Shown piece after piece: positions 22,290 to 36,944 of a stretch of 64,000 nt of DNA. The position numbers were made by a program, and so were the translations under genes. How positions within the stretch are numbered: position 1 is the stretch's first letter; each line of letters opens with the position of its first letter. This DNA comes from Azolla caroliniana. Its lineage: Eukaryota > Plantae > Polypodiophyta. The notes beneath the pieces were generated by a model. That model had not been told where the DNA came from and ran no database searches. It saw only the letters and a program-made list of their open reading frames with translations. The stretch spans positions 14,136,001 through 14,200,000 of the forward strand of contig JBHGNT010000012.1 of assembly GCA_043228905.1 (NCBI GenBank), read 5' to 3'.

Positions 22290-25200
22290 TAGGGGGAAAA
22301 GAGAAAGAGGGGGGAATTTATACTATTATAATTTATACTTACTATTATACTATTATAATTTATAATGTACAATGTACATTGTAGTATGTAGTCTTGTAGA
22401 CAATAGTATGTACATTTTATAATAGTATATGTCTTTCATTGTTTCAATATTTCATTTCCAAATTCCCCCCTCTTTCTCTTTTCCCCTTGTTTTTTCTTTT
22501 CTTGCTTTCCTTCTTCTCGCTTCCTGCTCCTTCTTCGCGCGCTACTCGTTGCTCCTTGTCGCTTCTCGGTGATTGCACGACATCTGTTGTTTGCCACTCC
22601 ACCACTCAGAAAGTATGTATTTGTCTCACTCTTTTTTTCTCTTTCTCTCTATTTTCTCTGTTTTTCTCTTTTATTGAATCTTTTTTCTTTGAATATTGCT
22701 CATGATAAGCGTGTGACAAATTGGAATGCATTACAAATTGAATATTACATGAGCATGCATGCAGGGAAAATTATATGCAATATCCAAAATTATTAAGTTG
22801 TGCATGTAAATTGAAGACTTTCCATCAAATCGAAGAGGATTCTATACACTAACATTAATCTGTAATAGCTCTGATTGAATGTCATCAGAACTAGATGCAT
22901 GTGTGATATTTAGTAGTAACCCTATTCTAGACACTCAAAGTTCCAGGATGTTATATTGGAAGCATACGAACTCTTGTTTGTGGACAATGTAATGCTCCCC
23001 AAGCAAGCAAGGAAAGTAAAATGTTTGCTTGTCTAGAATACAAACGCCATGTAATATTCTTGCCTTGTGCTTTCATCAAGCTCAAACTATTAAAAACGTT
23101 TCATAATATATAATATACCACATCAAATGTATTGCTCTTGTTTGCCTTCTTTACACTTTTTTGCATTAAAAATCTTCGTTAACTTCTTGCATTATCACAT
23201 AAATGTTCAAGTGCATTGTCCTAGAAAAGTTAGTGTATGGAGATGTGGAACAATGACATAGCTTTACCATAACCAAATTTATGTCCACACAATAAGATGT
23301 AGAAGTGGCATTTTAAGATTTATCATCAATTCAATAGTCTCGTGTATTATCTTCGCATGTCAACGGTTGTTTAGCACTCAACATTTCACACACATGACTC
23401 ATTCAAAAGAATATGTTTTCCCTTAAGCCATAGGTTTCACTTATTTAGACAATATAAATTCACGGGGAATGGCAACCATAAAGTCATTGATGATGACTTC
23501 ACTAACATATATGAATTGTTTGTGTTGGCTTGTGGCATTATTGAAAAAACAATGAGATGCACGAGTGGACATGATGGGGAAAATGACACATTGAAATTGA
23601 AGGCATGTTAAGATTTCCCTCTAATTTGTTGATTATCATGCATAAATAAGATCTCTCAAATGGAGTTGAAAAACGATACTTGGAAATCCATATGGACATT
23701 TACATACGGGCAAAATTCTTCTAAAAGTACTCAATTGATTTCTATTGTGTTATATAGTCTTTTTCCTTTATTGTTTGTCGTTCATGGAGAAATTGTTATC
23801 CATAATGTAGATAACGGTAGCTTCATCATCATCTATTATGGCCAAGTCACATAAAGTCTCCCTTTTCGATGGTCATGGAATTTGAGGGCCCAATAAAATA
23901 TTGGATTCTTTTTACAAGTTTATGCTTTATGTGCAACAAGTCATCTTATGGCTATTTTTGAATCGCAATTATTTAGAGTACATTGATTGCTTCGTGACTT
24001 CCTCAATGATTGCAAATTTAGGTTTAGTTTTTTACAATAGTTTCAACTAAGGAAGGGCGTGCGATGACAGGGCCATTGTTAACCATTTCCTTTATTGGAT
24101 TCCTTTGTCTCCCATCATTGAATTTTCTTATCTTTGCTTTATGTATGTATCTCTTTTAATAAGGAATAACTTTTTTAGACACTACCAATTTCTCTTCTTT
24201 TTTATCCCTAAGTATATTTACCTCACCATATTGATTAAATGTCAAGAAAGGTTTTGAAGAAACATATATGGCAGTTATATAAGGAATGTAACATAGAAGA
24301 TGGAACAACCTCACCATGCTCACATTTTACATTCAATCAATTTTGTTTTCTATAACATCTTATAAGTTCAAACTCAATTATTTATGGGTTCATGAAAAGT
24401 CGACGAGCATTATTACCTAGCATTTTTATTGTCCTCTTATTTTAATATATCCACTACTTTTTTCTCTTGATCTTTTTCTTCAATATTGTTTGCAATATAT
24501 TTGTTCCCTTAATTTCTATCACATTTACATACATGGATTTGCATGTGCATGTAAGCTAATATGAGCCTTCATCTTTCTTTCTTTCTTTTGATAGATTGGA
24601 AGATCTAGAGTGGAAACTATCCTTTATTGCCTCGTAATCTTGCATATATCCCAGGTATTTTAATCTTCTTATTGTATTTAGAATAGATTTAATTTGTGGA
24701 TTTCATGGATTTTATATATGTGTTTCCCCTTCTTATAAATCAAATCATAGATTATGTTAGTCCAACATACTCTACGTCAAGGTACCTTGATTGCCCATCT
24801 CATCTTTGTTTTTTTTCTCGGTTTGTGAATTCTCTCACTTTCAAGAGTATGTCCTGCCCCAAAAAACATAGATCACAACAACCTTCTATTAAGAGTGTGT
24901 TGCAAGAGAGCACATCTTAATGATACTCCAAATAATGAGGAAGAGGTTGTCACAAATGTAAATGTGTAAACATCTTCTAATAAAACAAAAAGAAAGTGGA
25001 GAAACCAATGGACTTTGCTCCACCCATGGGCATATTTGACAAAGTCCTTATTAGGTGATGAAAAAATTAAATGCATGTGGTGTGAAGATGCAAGAAGGAA
25101 TAATATTTTTACGGATGGTGGATCTCTTAGCATGCAATTGTCTTCATTGAATTAGGATGCTAAGTCATTCGATCATGTAACAGCAAGTGCCATGTATCAT

Positions 25201-27405
25201 GTAAATATACAAAAGGAAAATGCAAATGTGAAAGGCCCAATGGATGACAAAATTTCAGAAATCATGCATTTAGAATATGAGAGGATAATCTTATGCATGA
25301 AGTTGGTTCATTTTTATGCTTGCAATGATATTCCATTAGAGAAATATGTAAAACAATGTCAGTTACAAAGAGAACTTGGTACTCCAAATGCCCCTGCCTC
25401 AAATGAATATGGTGCTTATGCTAACGCTAAATCTGCAAGAGAATTCTTAATGGCTATTAAGAACCACACAAGAAAACTCTTGTATGACGAAATTCGTGGA
25501 AGTCCATTTTTCTCCATCTTGATTGATGAAAGCACAGATTGGACATTGGAAAAACACCTCATTATCTATTTCTTGTACTTAAGTGAAGGTGGCAAAGGGG
25601 AGCCACAGTGTAAATTTGTGCGTCTTCTTCCGGTGGAAAATGTGAAAGCTGAAGGTATCTATAATACTATCAATGAATTCATTTTGGAGAGCAATTTAGA
25701 TTTAAAAAAACTAGTGGCTTTTGCAAGTGATGGGGCATCATCTATGGTAGCGAAGAACAAATTATGGAGCAATTTCTAAGTTTCAATCCATGATGCCTAA
25801 TATTTTGGGAGTGCATTGCATTGCACATCGTGAATCACTTGCCATAAAAGATGCATATATAATGTCTCATGCACATGTGTTTAGCTTCCTTGCTGCATTT
25901 GCAAATAAAGTATACTCTTGGTTGGGAAAGTCAACTAATAGACACAAGGAGCTAAAAGAAATAATGAAACGACATGGTAAGGGTGATTTGAAGGTGCTTA
26001 AAATTCACTCCATAAGATGGTTATCTCGAGGCCAAGTAATGGAGAGACTAGTTACACTTATGCCTGCAATTTTAGAACAATGGGAAAAACATGAGAAAAA
26101 ATGGTACGAGTATGCTACTATATTCCAAGTGCAATTTATGTTACACCTATTGGCAAATATTCTTGTGGAATTAAATAAATTAAATGAGCAGTTCCAAAGG
26201 GAATTAATGCATGTAACTATGCTTGGTGTTCACTTGGATATCATCCACAAGAAACTTCGAAGAAGATATTTATCTTGTGAAACATTTGGCACTAGGTCTA
26301 TGTTTCTTGCAAACTTTCTATCTAATGTGAAAGATGGCATACTCACATATATTGGATGTGATAATGTTAGTCATTCACATCCATTGAAGTTTATACCAAT
26401 TCCAAACCCAAAGGAGGTAACAAAACGATGAAGAAGACTAGTAAGTGGTCTTGATAGTGAGAATGAAGATAGTAGTGATTTCAACTTCAATATTTTTCAT
26501 GGTAATGTTGAAAATGGTGGTTTGGATTAATGCATTAGCATTGGAAAGGACTTTGTCCAACATGTTATCGATGCTTTAAACAATCGTTTCCCCATGTTAC
26601 ATTTTTCAATGCTATAAAGTTGTTTAATCCATCTTCATATCCCATTGAGGAAAATGAAAGAGAGAAAAAGACAAAGGAATGGTTGCAAAAACTTATTGGG
26701 AAGTTTAATATTGATAGGCAAATTGTTGACATGAAAAGATGCTTCAATGAGCGAGAAGATTTTGTTGGTATGCTTGTTAGAATTGCTAAAGGAAGAGGAA
26801 TGCATGATGCATGGGATATTTGTTGCAAAGCACAATCTTGGTGGCAATTATTTCTAGGTATTATGCGATTGTGGCAACTATGTATGACTATTTCTATTAG
26901 TACAGCAGCATGTGAACGAGGTTTTTCACGTCAAAATATCATAAAAAATGATATTAGAAATGGTTTATCTTTGGAAACTTTAGATGCTTTGATGTTTATA
27001 TCCTTGAATGCTCAAGATACATGAAACATTTGTTGGAGGGATATATTTAACCTTTGGTTTGAAGATAAAGAGAGAAGGACAATATCATTAAAGTAGACAC
27101 ATATTGCACAATGCTTAATATGAGGAGTCACTGTATGATAAAGATTTTTTGTGTTTTTTGGGCTTTAAGAAATATATGATGATTTAAGTATTCAATTTGT
27201 ATGTTTTCATTATCTTTGTGAGCTAGTTATGTTTATTTGTGTATCATTGTATACTTTCTATAGTAATAAAATGTATAATAATGAAGCATCATATAGAGCT
27301 TTTCATTATTAAAACTTGTATGTCAAATGACATGTTAGTTTTTGCACTCTCGTGTCATGTGACATAAATCTTTAAAAAATGCCCGTCAAAAAACTTAAAG
27401 ACTAA
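22290..27405 (+). mobile_element. hAT DNA transposon remnant (transposase about 24850-27095)
   Basis: CxxC zinc finger, FFSILIDESTD, ASDGASSM, GVHCIAH (CxxH), RWLSR and the STAACERGFS dimerisation motif. AT-rich flanks. Matching TIRs were not found. Confidence 0.9.
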
Positions 27406-28248
27406 CCCGTCGTTTGCTTCTCAAAACCCTTTCCTGTTGAAGCCATCGACGGGCACGTCCTCTCGTCAGGAGCAATTACTCAAAGTACGATCCCATTAGG
27501 GCTTCGTGTGGGCTCACACTTGGAGGAGCTCCCCTTTTACCTCATCGAATCTCCTCGACATCCGATCGTTTTAGGACTAACGTGGTTGGAGGCGCACAAT
27601 CCAATTGTGGATTGGTGCAATCACTCAATCCCATTTAGCGAGCTAGGATGCTCGCGCAAAACTATGAAGGTCAATTCAGTTTCACATCCTTCGAAGAAGG
27701 TTGTTTCTGACTCGGCCACCCCACCCTCGGTCCAGGATGGGGTCGTTTGTGGCGCCGTTTCTAACACACTCCACGTTATTCCCAACAAATGCAAAGACTT
27801 CTCCGACATATTTGAGAAATCTAATGAAGATCGTTTGTCCGAACACCGGCTTTACAATTGTCCGATTGATCTTCAAGAAGGTCCGTGCCCACCCATTGGT
27901 CCTCTATATGTGTTGTCTGCACCAGAGCTGAAGGCCCTTCGTGTGTATCTCGATGAGAACATCAAGAAAGGATTTATTCAACTTTCTAAATCGTCGGTCG
28001 GGCCCCCATATTATTCGTGAAGAAGAAGGACGGCTCTCTACACTTATGCGTCGACTACCTGTCGTTATCCGCTACCTCTAATCCCCGAACTCCTTGGTCG
28101 GCTCCGCATTACTCATGTCTTCTGCAAAGTTGATCTACGTTGAGCATACAATATAATACGCATCAAGCCGGGGGATAAGAGAATACAAGGTAATGCCTTT
28201 TGGTTTTACTAACGCCCCAGTTGTTTTTCAACATATGATAACAACACC
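27406..28248 (+). mobile_element. Tcn1-like gypsy protease-RT piece
   Basis: VEAIDG, HPIVLGLTWLEAHNPIVDW, KKKDGSL and NAPVVFQHM. It resumes the element of 21495. Confidence 0.9.
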
Positions 28249-31050
28249 AGGTCATTTGAAACAGGTAATATGTCACAATTTAAGAACAGTCCATCCAAAA
28301 AAAGCACAAATTAGGTCATTTCACAAAAAGGACCATCCCATGCGTACAGGGTTTTTTGGAAATTGAATCCAAATATATTGATTTACACCATGTCCAAAAA
28401 TTTAGGGCGTTCAAAAAATGCCCCTAATAATTGACACGTGAAATTTACAAGAGAACGTACAAAAATTGCAGAATGACTAAAATGTATATTTATACATATT
28501 TGTGAATTGCCATATTAATGTAACATACAATATTTACATTTCATATATGAGATCCATCACTTCCGAGAGATACACCTTCCCCTTCAGACCCACCCGATGA
28601 ACTAGAAGAGCTTTGTGAGGTCTCATCCTCATCATCACTAGCAACCAATGCATTGTCTTCATCCAATTGCAATCCAATGTCACCGTTATTATGAGACATA
28701 CTCCTTGTTTGTCTCTATGTTGCATCAACAGGCACATCTGGGATCTTCTCTTTTATTCTCTTGATTGTAGTCTGTCTTAGATGGCTTGTTTTGGTCAAGG
28801 AGAAGTCATACACGAGTATGTCGACATTATCACTAGAGTAGACGTGCTTGGTAGATTCTTTCTTCTTCGCTTTCTGCTTGTGCCTTCGACATCCTTAATC
28901 ATCTCTAAAGAGTACTTCCCAGTAAATGCATCTTTGGAAGAGGTATGATACCAATGAACCATAATAGACTTTACTTGATTGCCTTCATCATCCTTAATAA
29001 TTTCAATGATTATGGCAATCCAGAAGGGATGGCCCAACTTATCACCCCAGCTAATGTTGCAACCAACATACCAACTTGTTGCTCATGTAGATTGCCTTGC
29101 CACCTCGCCTCTGCAACATGTGATAATCTTCGTCCCACATAAATATCTCTTTGTCGTGGACGAACTAGATTATTCAATTCAAGATTATCTAGTGGTTGTA
29201 AAGGAGTCATGCTTGCCATTGATGGGCCACCAAGCGCCCATTCGAATTGATTTTGTAGTGGCTAGTACCCTGTAAAGTGGTTATCTAATCTTGCTTGTTG
29301 ATGATTAAAGAAGACATTCCATCAATCCACATCCTGAAGACATCGTTAAATTCTTGGAGAACCTACTAAACATTTGATCTATGTGATCATGTGTATGACC
29401 AACTAGCAAGAAGTTGACCTTAATCTTCTAGAAAATACCCTTGTCTACTAACATGCTCAAATAACCAAACACAGTTGAGTTCTTGTTTTCTCCCGCCGTG
29501 TTGTCAAGTTGCACATATAGTATTGCTGGGAGTAAACCTTGCCAACTCTGTAGAACTCTTTGCATGACTATCACTATAAGATTAGGTTCGTTGTGGATAT
29601 TTGGATAAGTTAGGAACACTTGAGGCCTTATTGTCTAACAATACAGAAGACATCCTACTAGGTGCATTTTCACTAGGCATTCATCTCCAACATCCTTGGG
29701 CAAACTTCGAAAATGTGGCAAACAAGTTTTCTTCTGATCCATCCAATCTATAATCAAGCACACATATCTTTCTGGCAATTGAAGCGCTTTTTGACAATGG
29801 TGCATAACTTTAGATCTTTCCAACGCCTGACTTTCTCGATGTTCTCTCAATAAATTCTTATATTTTGTTATTTCTTCATATGTTGTCCCACTCTTGGCCA
29901 TGCTTTTTAAACTCGCGCATATAGAACAAACACCCATCCAAACCTTGCGGTGTATGACCACATTGTTAAACTTCGATCTCCATAAACGATGAAAATGTCG
30001 ATATTGTATGTAATGTACACTTTCTAATAACATGTCATCCTTATACGCTTGCTATACCTCACGACGAGTGAAGTTATCTGACAAATGTAACCTTCCAGTG
30101 ATGGGCATAACATCACATTGCTTCGAGGAATATATCTCCATCCATCTAATGGCATGTCGCCCAATTAGACCATTACATGTAGATTATGTATTGTTGAAAG
30201 GTACCCACCACCCCTTCAGTACTCAATGTTGAATTCTCTGTAGCCTCATTTTCCCGATGCTATAAGGAATTTTAAAAGCAACTCAACAACTCTTCGTAGT
30301 AAGTGAAAGGTAATATTCCACCTACTAAGAACATGTCAATTGAAATTTGATAGACTAAGGCTTCCACAACATACCTTACATATGTCAATTAAAATTTGTC
30401 GATCCAAACACAAAAAATTATATTGTTTAACACTCACTTGTCGAGGAACTCTTTGAAAATTTAGAGGCTTATTGACACAATCTTCGTTAGCATTCGATAA
30501 ACTAGACTCGACATGAGTTGTATCTACTTTAATATATCTTGTTTTACCTAAGTTCAATCGCTCTATCGAAAAAATTGACGTCGAGCTTTGCTCTTGATCG
30601 TCGTTGGTCTTAACATGGCACCTTTTATTATTAAGATGGCTATATTCCTCGATTGAGAATGACGAGTTATCAGATAATATAACAAGCTCAATAGAAAACA
30701 AAGAATTTTCACTCGACTTTGAGGACATTTTTCTCAAGGCTAATGTTCAAAATAGGCACAAGTTTGGTTCTATAATAAGCATCGAGTTCTCAATGAAAGG
30801 GACACCTCTTTCAATGAAAACTCGATGCACTGCATCGAGTTCCCATTGAAAAATGGGCTTTTCATGATCAATAGATCAGATTTGGTCAATTTGTTTTTTG
30901 TTTTTTTGTCTATTTCTTCAAGTTCTTTATGTGACATTCTATACAAAAACGTATGATTTTCACTAATTTTTACCTCAGTTTAGAGGTCTATATTGTTTAT
31001 TATTAAGATTATTGTTATATCCTTGTGTCATGACTTGTTGATTTTAGTGA
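28249..31050 (-). mobile_element. Sola1-like DNA transposon remnant
   Basis: Minus-strand fragments CSICASLK, LIIDWMDQKKTCLPHF, LYVQLDNTAGENKN and FLLVGHTHDHIDQMFS, plus a C-terminal HPFWIA..VHWY domain. Many stops. Termini were not resolved. Confidence 0.65.
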
Positions 31051-31127
31051 TCCACGACAGAAGGTGCCATCCTTCAAACTAAAAAATCCATCACCAACAA
31101 AAAGACCTTCTAACACCATGATGAAAG

Positions 31128-31758
31128 TGTTGGGAGATAGGTCCCTCCGGATGGGAAGGGAGAAGAACAGTGCTGATGAGCAAACCGGATGAGGAGTACC
31201 CGACTACAGAGAGCCGGATGGTGCTGACCCGGTGAGAACCGGATAAGGAGTACCCGGCTACGGAGAGCCGGATGGTGCTGACCCAGTGAAGAGTGCTCAC
31301 CGGATGAAGAGACATATTCGTAAATATGTTTTCTGAGAGTCCATCGGGGCTATATTTGTAAATAGCCGGAAAGTCATATTAGTATAAATATGACTTAGGG
31401 CAAACTTATGGTATAGTTGTCATTCTTGTTGGTGCAAGAAGAGAGAACTCGTAACTGTGTACAGAGAGTGAGAGAGAGAAAGAGGTCGTTGCCTCTGTTG
31501 TAACCGCCGCCCATGGCGAAGGTCGTGAGCGCTAGGTCGTTGCCTCCGTGAGCTCACTGTTGTAATCATTGTGATATAGTGATAGTTTGGAGTCTCTGGA
31601 CTCCCGTGGTTTTTCCCTCTCAGGGTTTTTCCACGTTAAACATCCTGTGTACTCTTCTCTCCTTTGTGTCGTGTGTCTTACTTTTCCCGTTTTCTGTGTA
31701 TGATTCTAAGCTCGGTTGTGGCCAAGCGTTGCGCATAACGAGCATTTAGTTGCCGTCA
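31128..31758 (+). mobile_element. Solo LTR related to copia family A
   Basis: TGTTGGGAGA...CCGTCA, reverse-complement homologue of 18452-19201. TSD GAAAG (31123-31127 and 31759-31763). Confidence 0.95.
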
Positions 31759-32561
31759 GAAAGCTGATTCTTGTTATCCGTATAGGTGTACGGGATGATT
31801 AGGGTATAATGTGTATGGTGTGGTGTGTAATATGTAATATGTAATATGTAATATGTATACGAATGTGTGAGGATGAGTATGTGTGAGCACATGCACAATT
31901 ATGTGCATGTGACAAAAGTGTAACGATCGTCTTTTTGTAACTGTCATTATTTACCGTTACATTATGTATTATATAAACCCCTTATGGGGCATGTAATGGA
32001 TATACCTTTTTCCCCTCTCACATTTTATGTCATTTTCTATCTAGATCTCTCACTATCAAAACCCCCTTGGGAGGGGGGGTGAAGCCATTTTTTCCCCTCT
32101 CACATTTTATGTCATTTTCTATTTGTCTTTCTCTCTAGCTCTCTCACTATCGAAACCCTCTTTCTAGGCTTCACCCCCCCACCCCAACAACACTTTTGGC
32201 ACACCCGAACGGCCGACCCTCCTTTGAGAGGAAGTCACTCCCTCACTCCCTCCCCGTCTCCCTCACTAATTTCTCTCCTCACTCTCTCTACCTAAAACCC
32301 TAGATACCCCAAAGTTCATCTCTATGTCCATCTCTCTCATTCTGTGTATTTGCGTTGTGTTTGTGTTATGCATGTTTCTATTTGTGTGCACTTCCAAAAG
32401 ATGAAGGTGAAGAAGAGGATGATGACGATGATTATGAGGAGGAAAGTGTTGCAGTTCCTGGCATAGAAGAATGGCAATAGGAGATAGAAGAATGAATGGG
32501 CCCGACAACTGCCTCATGGCCAGATTGAAGGCCATCACCAAGCACCTCCTCTGCATCGCGC

Positions 32562-35500
32562 TGTCGGGGTAGTTTTGGTTCATGCGGCGAAGTCGCAGGG
32601 ACTAAGGTTTAAAGGAGTTGGCTATATATTTTATAAGGCTTGCGCACAATGTTAGAAAGATTAAGGATAGGAAGAACAAAAGTTAGAAGTAATGTACGAG
32701 CGACAAATGAGCATAGATAAGAGATGAGAGACAATGTATGATTTAAAAAGTGAAAATGTATTATAAGAACAAGCTTTATATTACCAAAGTTACATTGTCG
32801 ATCACAAGATGCGACTTTTCTTTCGCTGAATTCTAGATTTGAACCCTTGAATTCAACTTTAAACCACAAGCCTCTTCACCCACAAGCTAACTTATTTGTT
32901 TGACTATATTATTCTCTAACTTTCTCTTCTCTCCCCTTTTGTTTTCCTTTCCCCTCTTTTTATAAGTATTGTCATGCATATGGTAATGTGTAGGAGCATG
33001 GCATGCATGTAATGCATGAGTTACCTGTGATGCTTGATCGCCATTTGGCGCACATGCATTACATTTGATGCATGATAGCCATCATGCTCATTTGAGCTCC
33101 CATGTATGAAAATATATATGTGATAAGTATAATGATGGATATAACCCTAAAAAAAATAACCTAGCTTAGTGGTGTATGCTTTGTGCTTGATATACAAGGT
33201 TGAGGGTTTAAGTCCCTCAATTTTACTTAATACAATATTTAAGTTTATTCTTATATAGTGAAGCACATTCTTGACAATATTTCAAAAAACAAATAACCTA
33301 CCATAGTGGTATATACATTGTGCTTGGTTTATAAGGTTGTGTGTTCAAGTGTTTGAAATATTACTGAATTCAATATTTAAATTTATTTTTATATCGTGAA
33401 GCAAATCCTTCACGACACCCACCCGCTCTGAACTTGCACACTAGTTGTGCAAAGTTCATCCAAAATCTTGAAAAAACTCTTCATTCCATTTTTGTACTGG
33501 ATGTTCCCTCAACCATTCTTTGTTTCTTTCACGGTTACACGTCATGGTTAAGAACTGGTCCGTCTTCCTTGCATCCTGACTCTTGATCCTCACGAAAGTC
33601 GAATCATCATTAATCACAATTGTTTCCATCCTTACCACATTGATGTATGATTCACCATCCTTTGTTTACATACTTACTACGCTATTGTATGGTTGACCAA
33701 GGATGACAGGGTAGGTTGATCCATCTTGCACATAGTAATTTTGATCCACCGACACATCTCCCATTGTTACTTTCACACTGGAACATGCTCTGAATAGATC
33801 CTCCGTCATCTCTGTTGCAACTCTTTTCTTCGACCCATGATTCTTATCGATTGGCCACCTTCCTTGAGCATAACATTCTGAAGACATCATGTTAATTTTT
33901 TATCCATGATCTATCAAAGAAATATAAGGAATTTGTTGCTCCGCAATTTTTGTAGGCCCCTCTGTTGTTGCTTGAGCCCAATGGTTCTTTGTATAATGAC
34001 TCCTATCCCCTTCATTATTTGCAATATTATTTATCTTCTTTACACTTGCAACATTGATGGTGTCACGATCTAGATCTTGGAGTGTTGCTGAACAAACTCT
34101 CGTAACTTCTTCCGTGACGTGTTTTAAATCTGTCACGTCTTCTGTGTCTGAAGCAAGCTGGAAAGCTGGATTTCTCTTCCCTTTTACTTTATCAGCTTCT
34201 TTCGACTCAGGAGCATCTTTTTCCATCTCTCTTCTCTCTTGTTCTTGTGTCTCATGCCTTTTTGCCAGATTAACCTCCTCAGCTCTCTTTCGCTTCTCTT
34301 CCACTAGTACATCTTGTGCATTCACTTGGGCGAATGTTGATAGTGCGTCTACTGGATCATTCCATCCAGTGAAGTGTCGTATTTCATCTCATGCTCTTTT
34401 TAATTCATCCACTCGAACCTTCCCTTTTCTTGCATACTCCAACACACGCTGCCAAAAGTCAAATCCACCATATGAGTCTTCTACACACAACCCTAAGGTT
34501 GTCACGGATTGTATCGCTTGAGTCGTTTCTCTCTCGACATCTTCCATTAGCTTTTTCATTCCACCTTTCCCGAAGTTGAGCTGGATTGGTTGTTGAGTCT
34601 TTGTCGAGTGAATCTTTCCATCTTGATAGTAGATTTTATCATGATTAAGAGAATCCCTATGTTCTTGATAGTCTTTCTTTTGGTGGTCAACACTATCACA
34701 CCACATACACCTTCGGACCATTCCACCTCCTTGCCTTGATGAAGTCGAGCTTTGTCTCGATTCAAGCTTCGTCACTTTGATCGACAAGTCTTTCATGCCT
34801 TTCACCAATTCATGCAAGAGTGAATCTTCTATTTTCTTCTCTCCCGAGTCGTTCCCCGTTTCGTCTCCCTTCTTCTCCAACAGCTCCATAAACCATAACT
34901 TTCTTTTACAAAAATGGGTGCAAGCCTTTTTCACCTCCTCCCAATCTTCAGTAAGTCCACTAGGACTATTTTGATCTTCCAGAAGCATTCCCAAGTCTTT
35001 CCTGTCTTTAATATTAGTAGCTTGTAGAAACAATATTACTTTATCTGGCATTATTATATTTCTATCCCTAACATTTAATTGCTCAAATCCTTCTGAAAAC
35101 TCTTTTAACAATTCCAAAACACTAAAATGTTTTTCAAACTCTACCCAATCCATGAAAGCTCGCCTTGTCATCCTTGACATATCGTTGAGGTTGTATTCAT
35201 TCAATAATGCTCTTTCGAAAGTCGCCCATGTCTTATGCTCTCTTTGTAGTTCCCGGATCCTTTCTTGTAGCCCAATCGCAACGACTCAACTCAAGCTATT
35301 AATTTTTGCCACTTCATTGACACCTCGTTTAAGCATTTCCTCTTTGTAAATCTTCAAAAATATTGTTCAATTCATACCTTCGAAGATCCCTACTCGTGCG
35401 AGAATATTGTCAATGGCTTTGTCGACGCTTGACATCATCCCTTGCTCCCGCATCATTTGTTCCATCATCGTACACATAAGCCTCATTTTCTCCTCCATTT

Positions 35501-36390
35501 TTCCTTGTCGTCACCTTCATGTCGGGCACCAAATGTCTCAAAGTAGTTGTGGTTCGTGCGGCGAAGTCGCAAGGACTAAGGTTAAAAGGAGTTGGCTATA
35601 TATTTTATAAGTCTTGCGCACAATGTTAGAAAGATTAAGGATAGGAAGAACAAAAGTTAGAAGTAATGTGTGAGCGACAAATGAGCATAGATAAGAGATG
35701 AGAGATAATGTATGATTTAAAAAGTGAAAATGTATTATAAGAACAAGCTTTATATTACCAAAGTTACACTGTCGATCACAAGATGCAACTTTTCTTTCGC
35801 TAAATTCTAGATTTGAACCCTTGAATCCAACTTTAAACCACAAGCCTCTTCACCCACAAGCTAACTTATTTGTTTGATTATATTATTCTCTAACTTTCTC
35901 TTCTCTCCCCTTTTGTTTCCTTTCCCCTCTTTTTATAAGTATTGCCATGCATATGGTAATGTGTAGGAGCATGGCATGCATGTAATGCATGAGTTACTTG
36001 TGATGCTTGATCGCCATTTTGCGCACATGCATTACATGTGATGCATGATAGCCATCATGCTCATTTGAACTCCCATGTATGAAAATATATATCTGATAAG
36101 TATAATGATGGATATAACCGTAAAACAAATAACCTGTCTTAGTGATGTATGCTTTGTGCTTGATATACAAGGTTGAGGGTTTAAGTCCCTCAATTTTACT
36201 TAATACAATATTTAAGTTTATTCTTATATAGTGAAGCACATTCTTGACAACATTTCTAAAAACAAATAGCCTACCCTAGTGGTATATACATTGTGCTTGG
36301 TTTATAAGGTTGTGGGTTCAAGTGTTTGAAATATTACTGAATTCAATATTTAAATTTATTTTTATATCGTGAAGCAAATCCTTCATGACA
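32562..36390 (-). mobile_element. Gag-protease-only (TR-GAG-like) gypsy element nested in the previous element
   Basis: LTRs 32562-33417 and 35534-36390 (about 857 bp). Minus-strand PBS TGGTGCCCGACATG at about 35517-35531 and purine tract GAGCGGGTGGG at 33418-33428. Gag has CMWCDSVDH and the protease has LIDHG and PVILGQP. No RT or INT in the 2.1-kb interior. Possible 4-bp TSD GCGC/ACGC. Confidence 0.88.
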
Positions 36391-36944
36391 ACGCCTCCTC
36401 TACGGGGGGCAACAGATGCTCCCCCCTCTGATATCCCCTCATGACAATCTCCAGCTCATCCTCGCCGACTTGGAGCTAGCGTCTAAGGAGGAGCGAGATC
36501 AACGCAACAGAGCAACGCGGAATTAGTGAAGGAGAGAGATTTCCTGGTGCAGTCCTTGGAATGCCGCGACAAGCAATGCGAAGCTCTTTCATCGAAGATG
36601 GAGGCCATGGATCGCCTACACGCACAGCAGGCGAAGGCGAAGAGTGGTTCTTATGACGATGTCAGCTGATGGAGGCGACAAGATCAAAAGTAGTAAGTTA
36701 AATGATTGACAAATCGATTGAAGAAGTCTCTCTCCTGCTTACATCTCGTCATCTGATCTGAACTCAGAAGAAGAAGAAAGAAGAAGACCTAGAGAAGGAA
36801 AGACAAAGATAGAAGGGAAGGAAACACTTCGTGCCCGTGGCGTACGTGAGGTCTGCAGCCCGACTGTTCACGGCCTAAACTGCTTTTGCTCCTTGGGCCT
36901 TTGCTCATGGTCCTGCTGATTTTGGAGCTCTTGATGGTAGCCGT

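Noticed and set aside
22290-27405. Intact hAT with TIRs and 8-bp TSD
   Set aside because: The ends do not match as inverted repeats and host gypsy sequence is deleted at the site.
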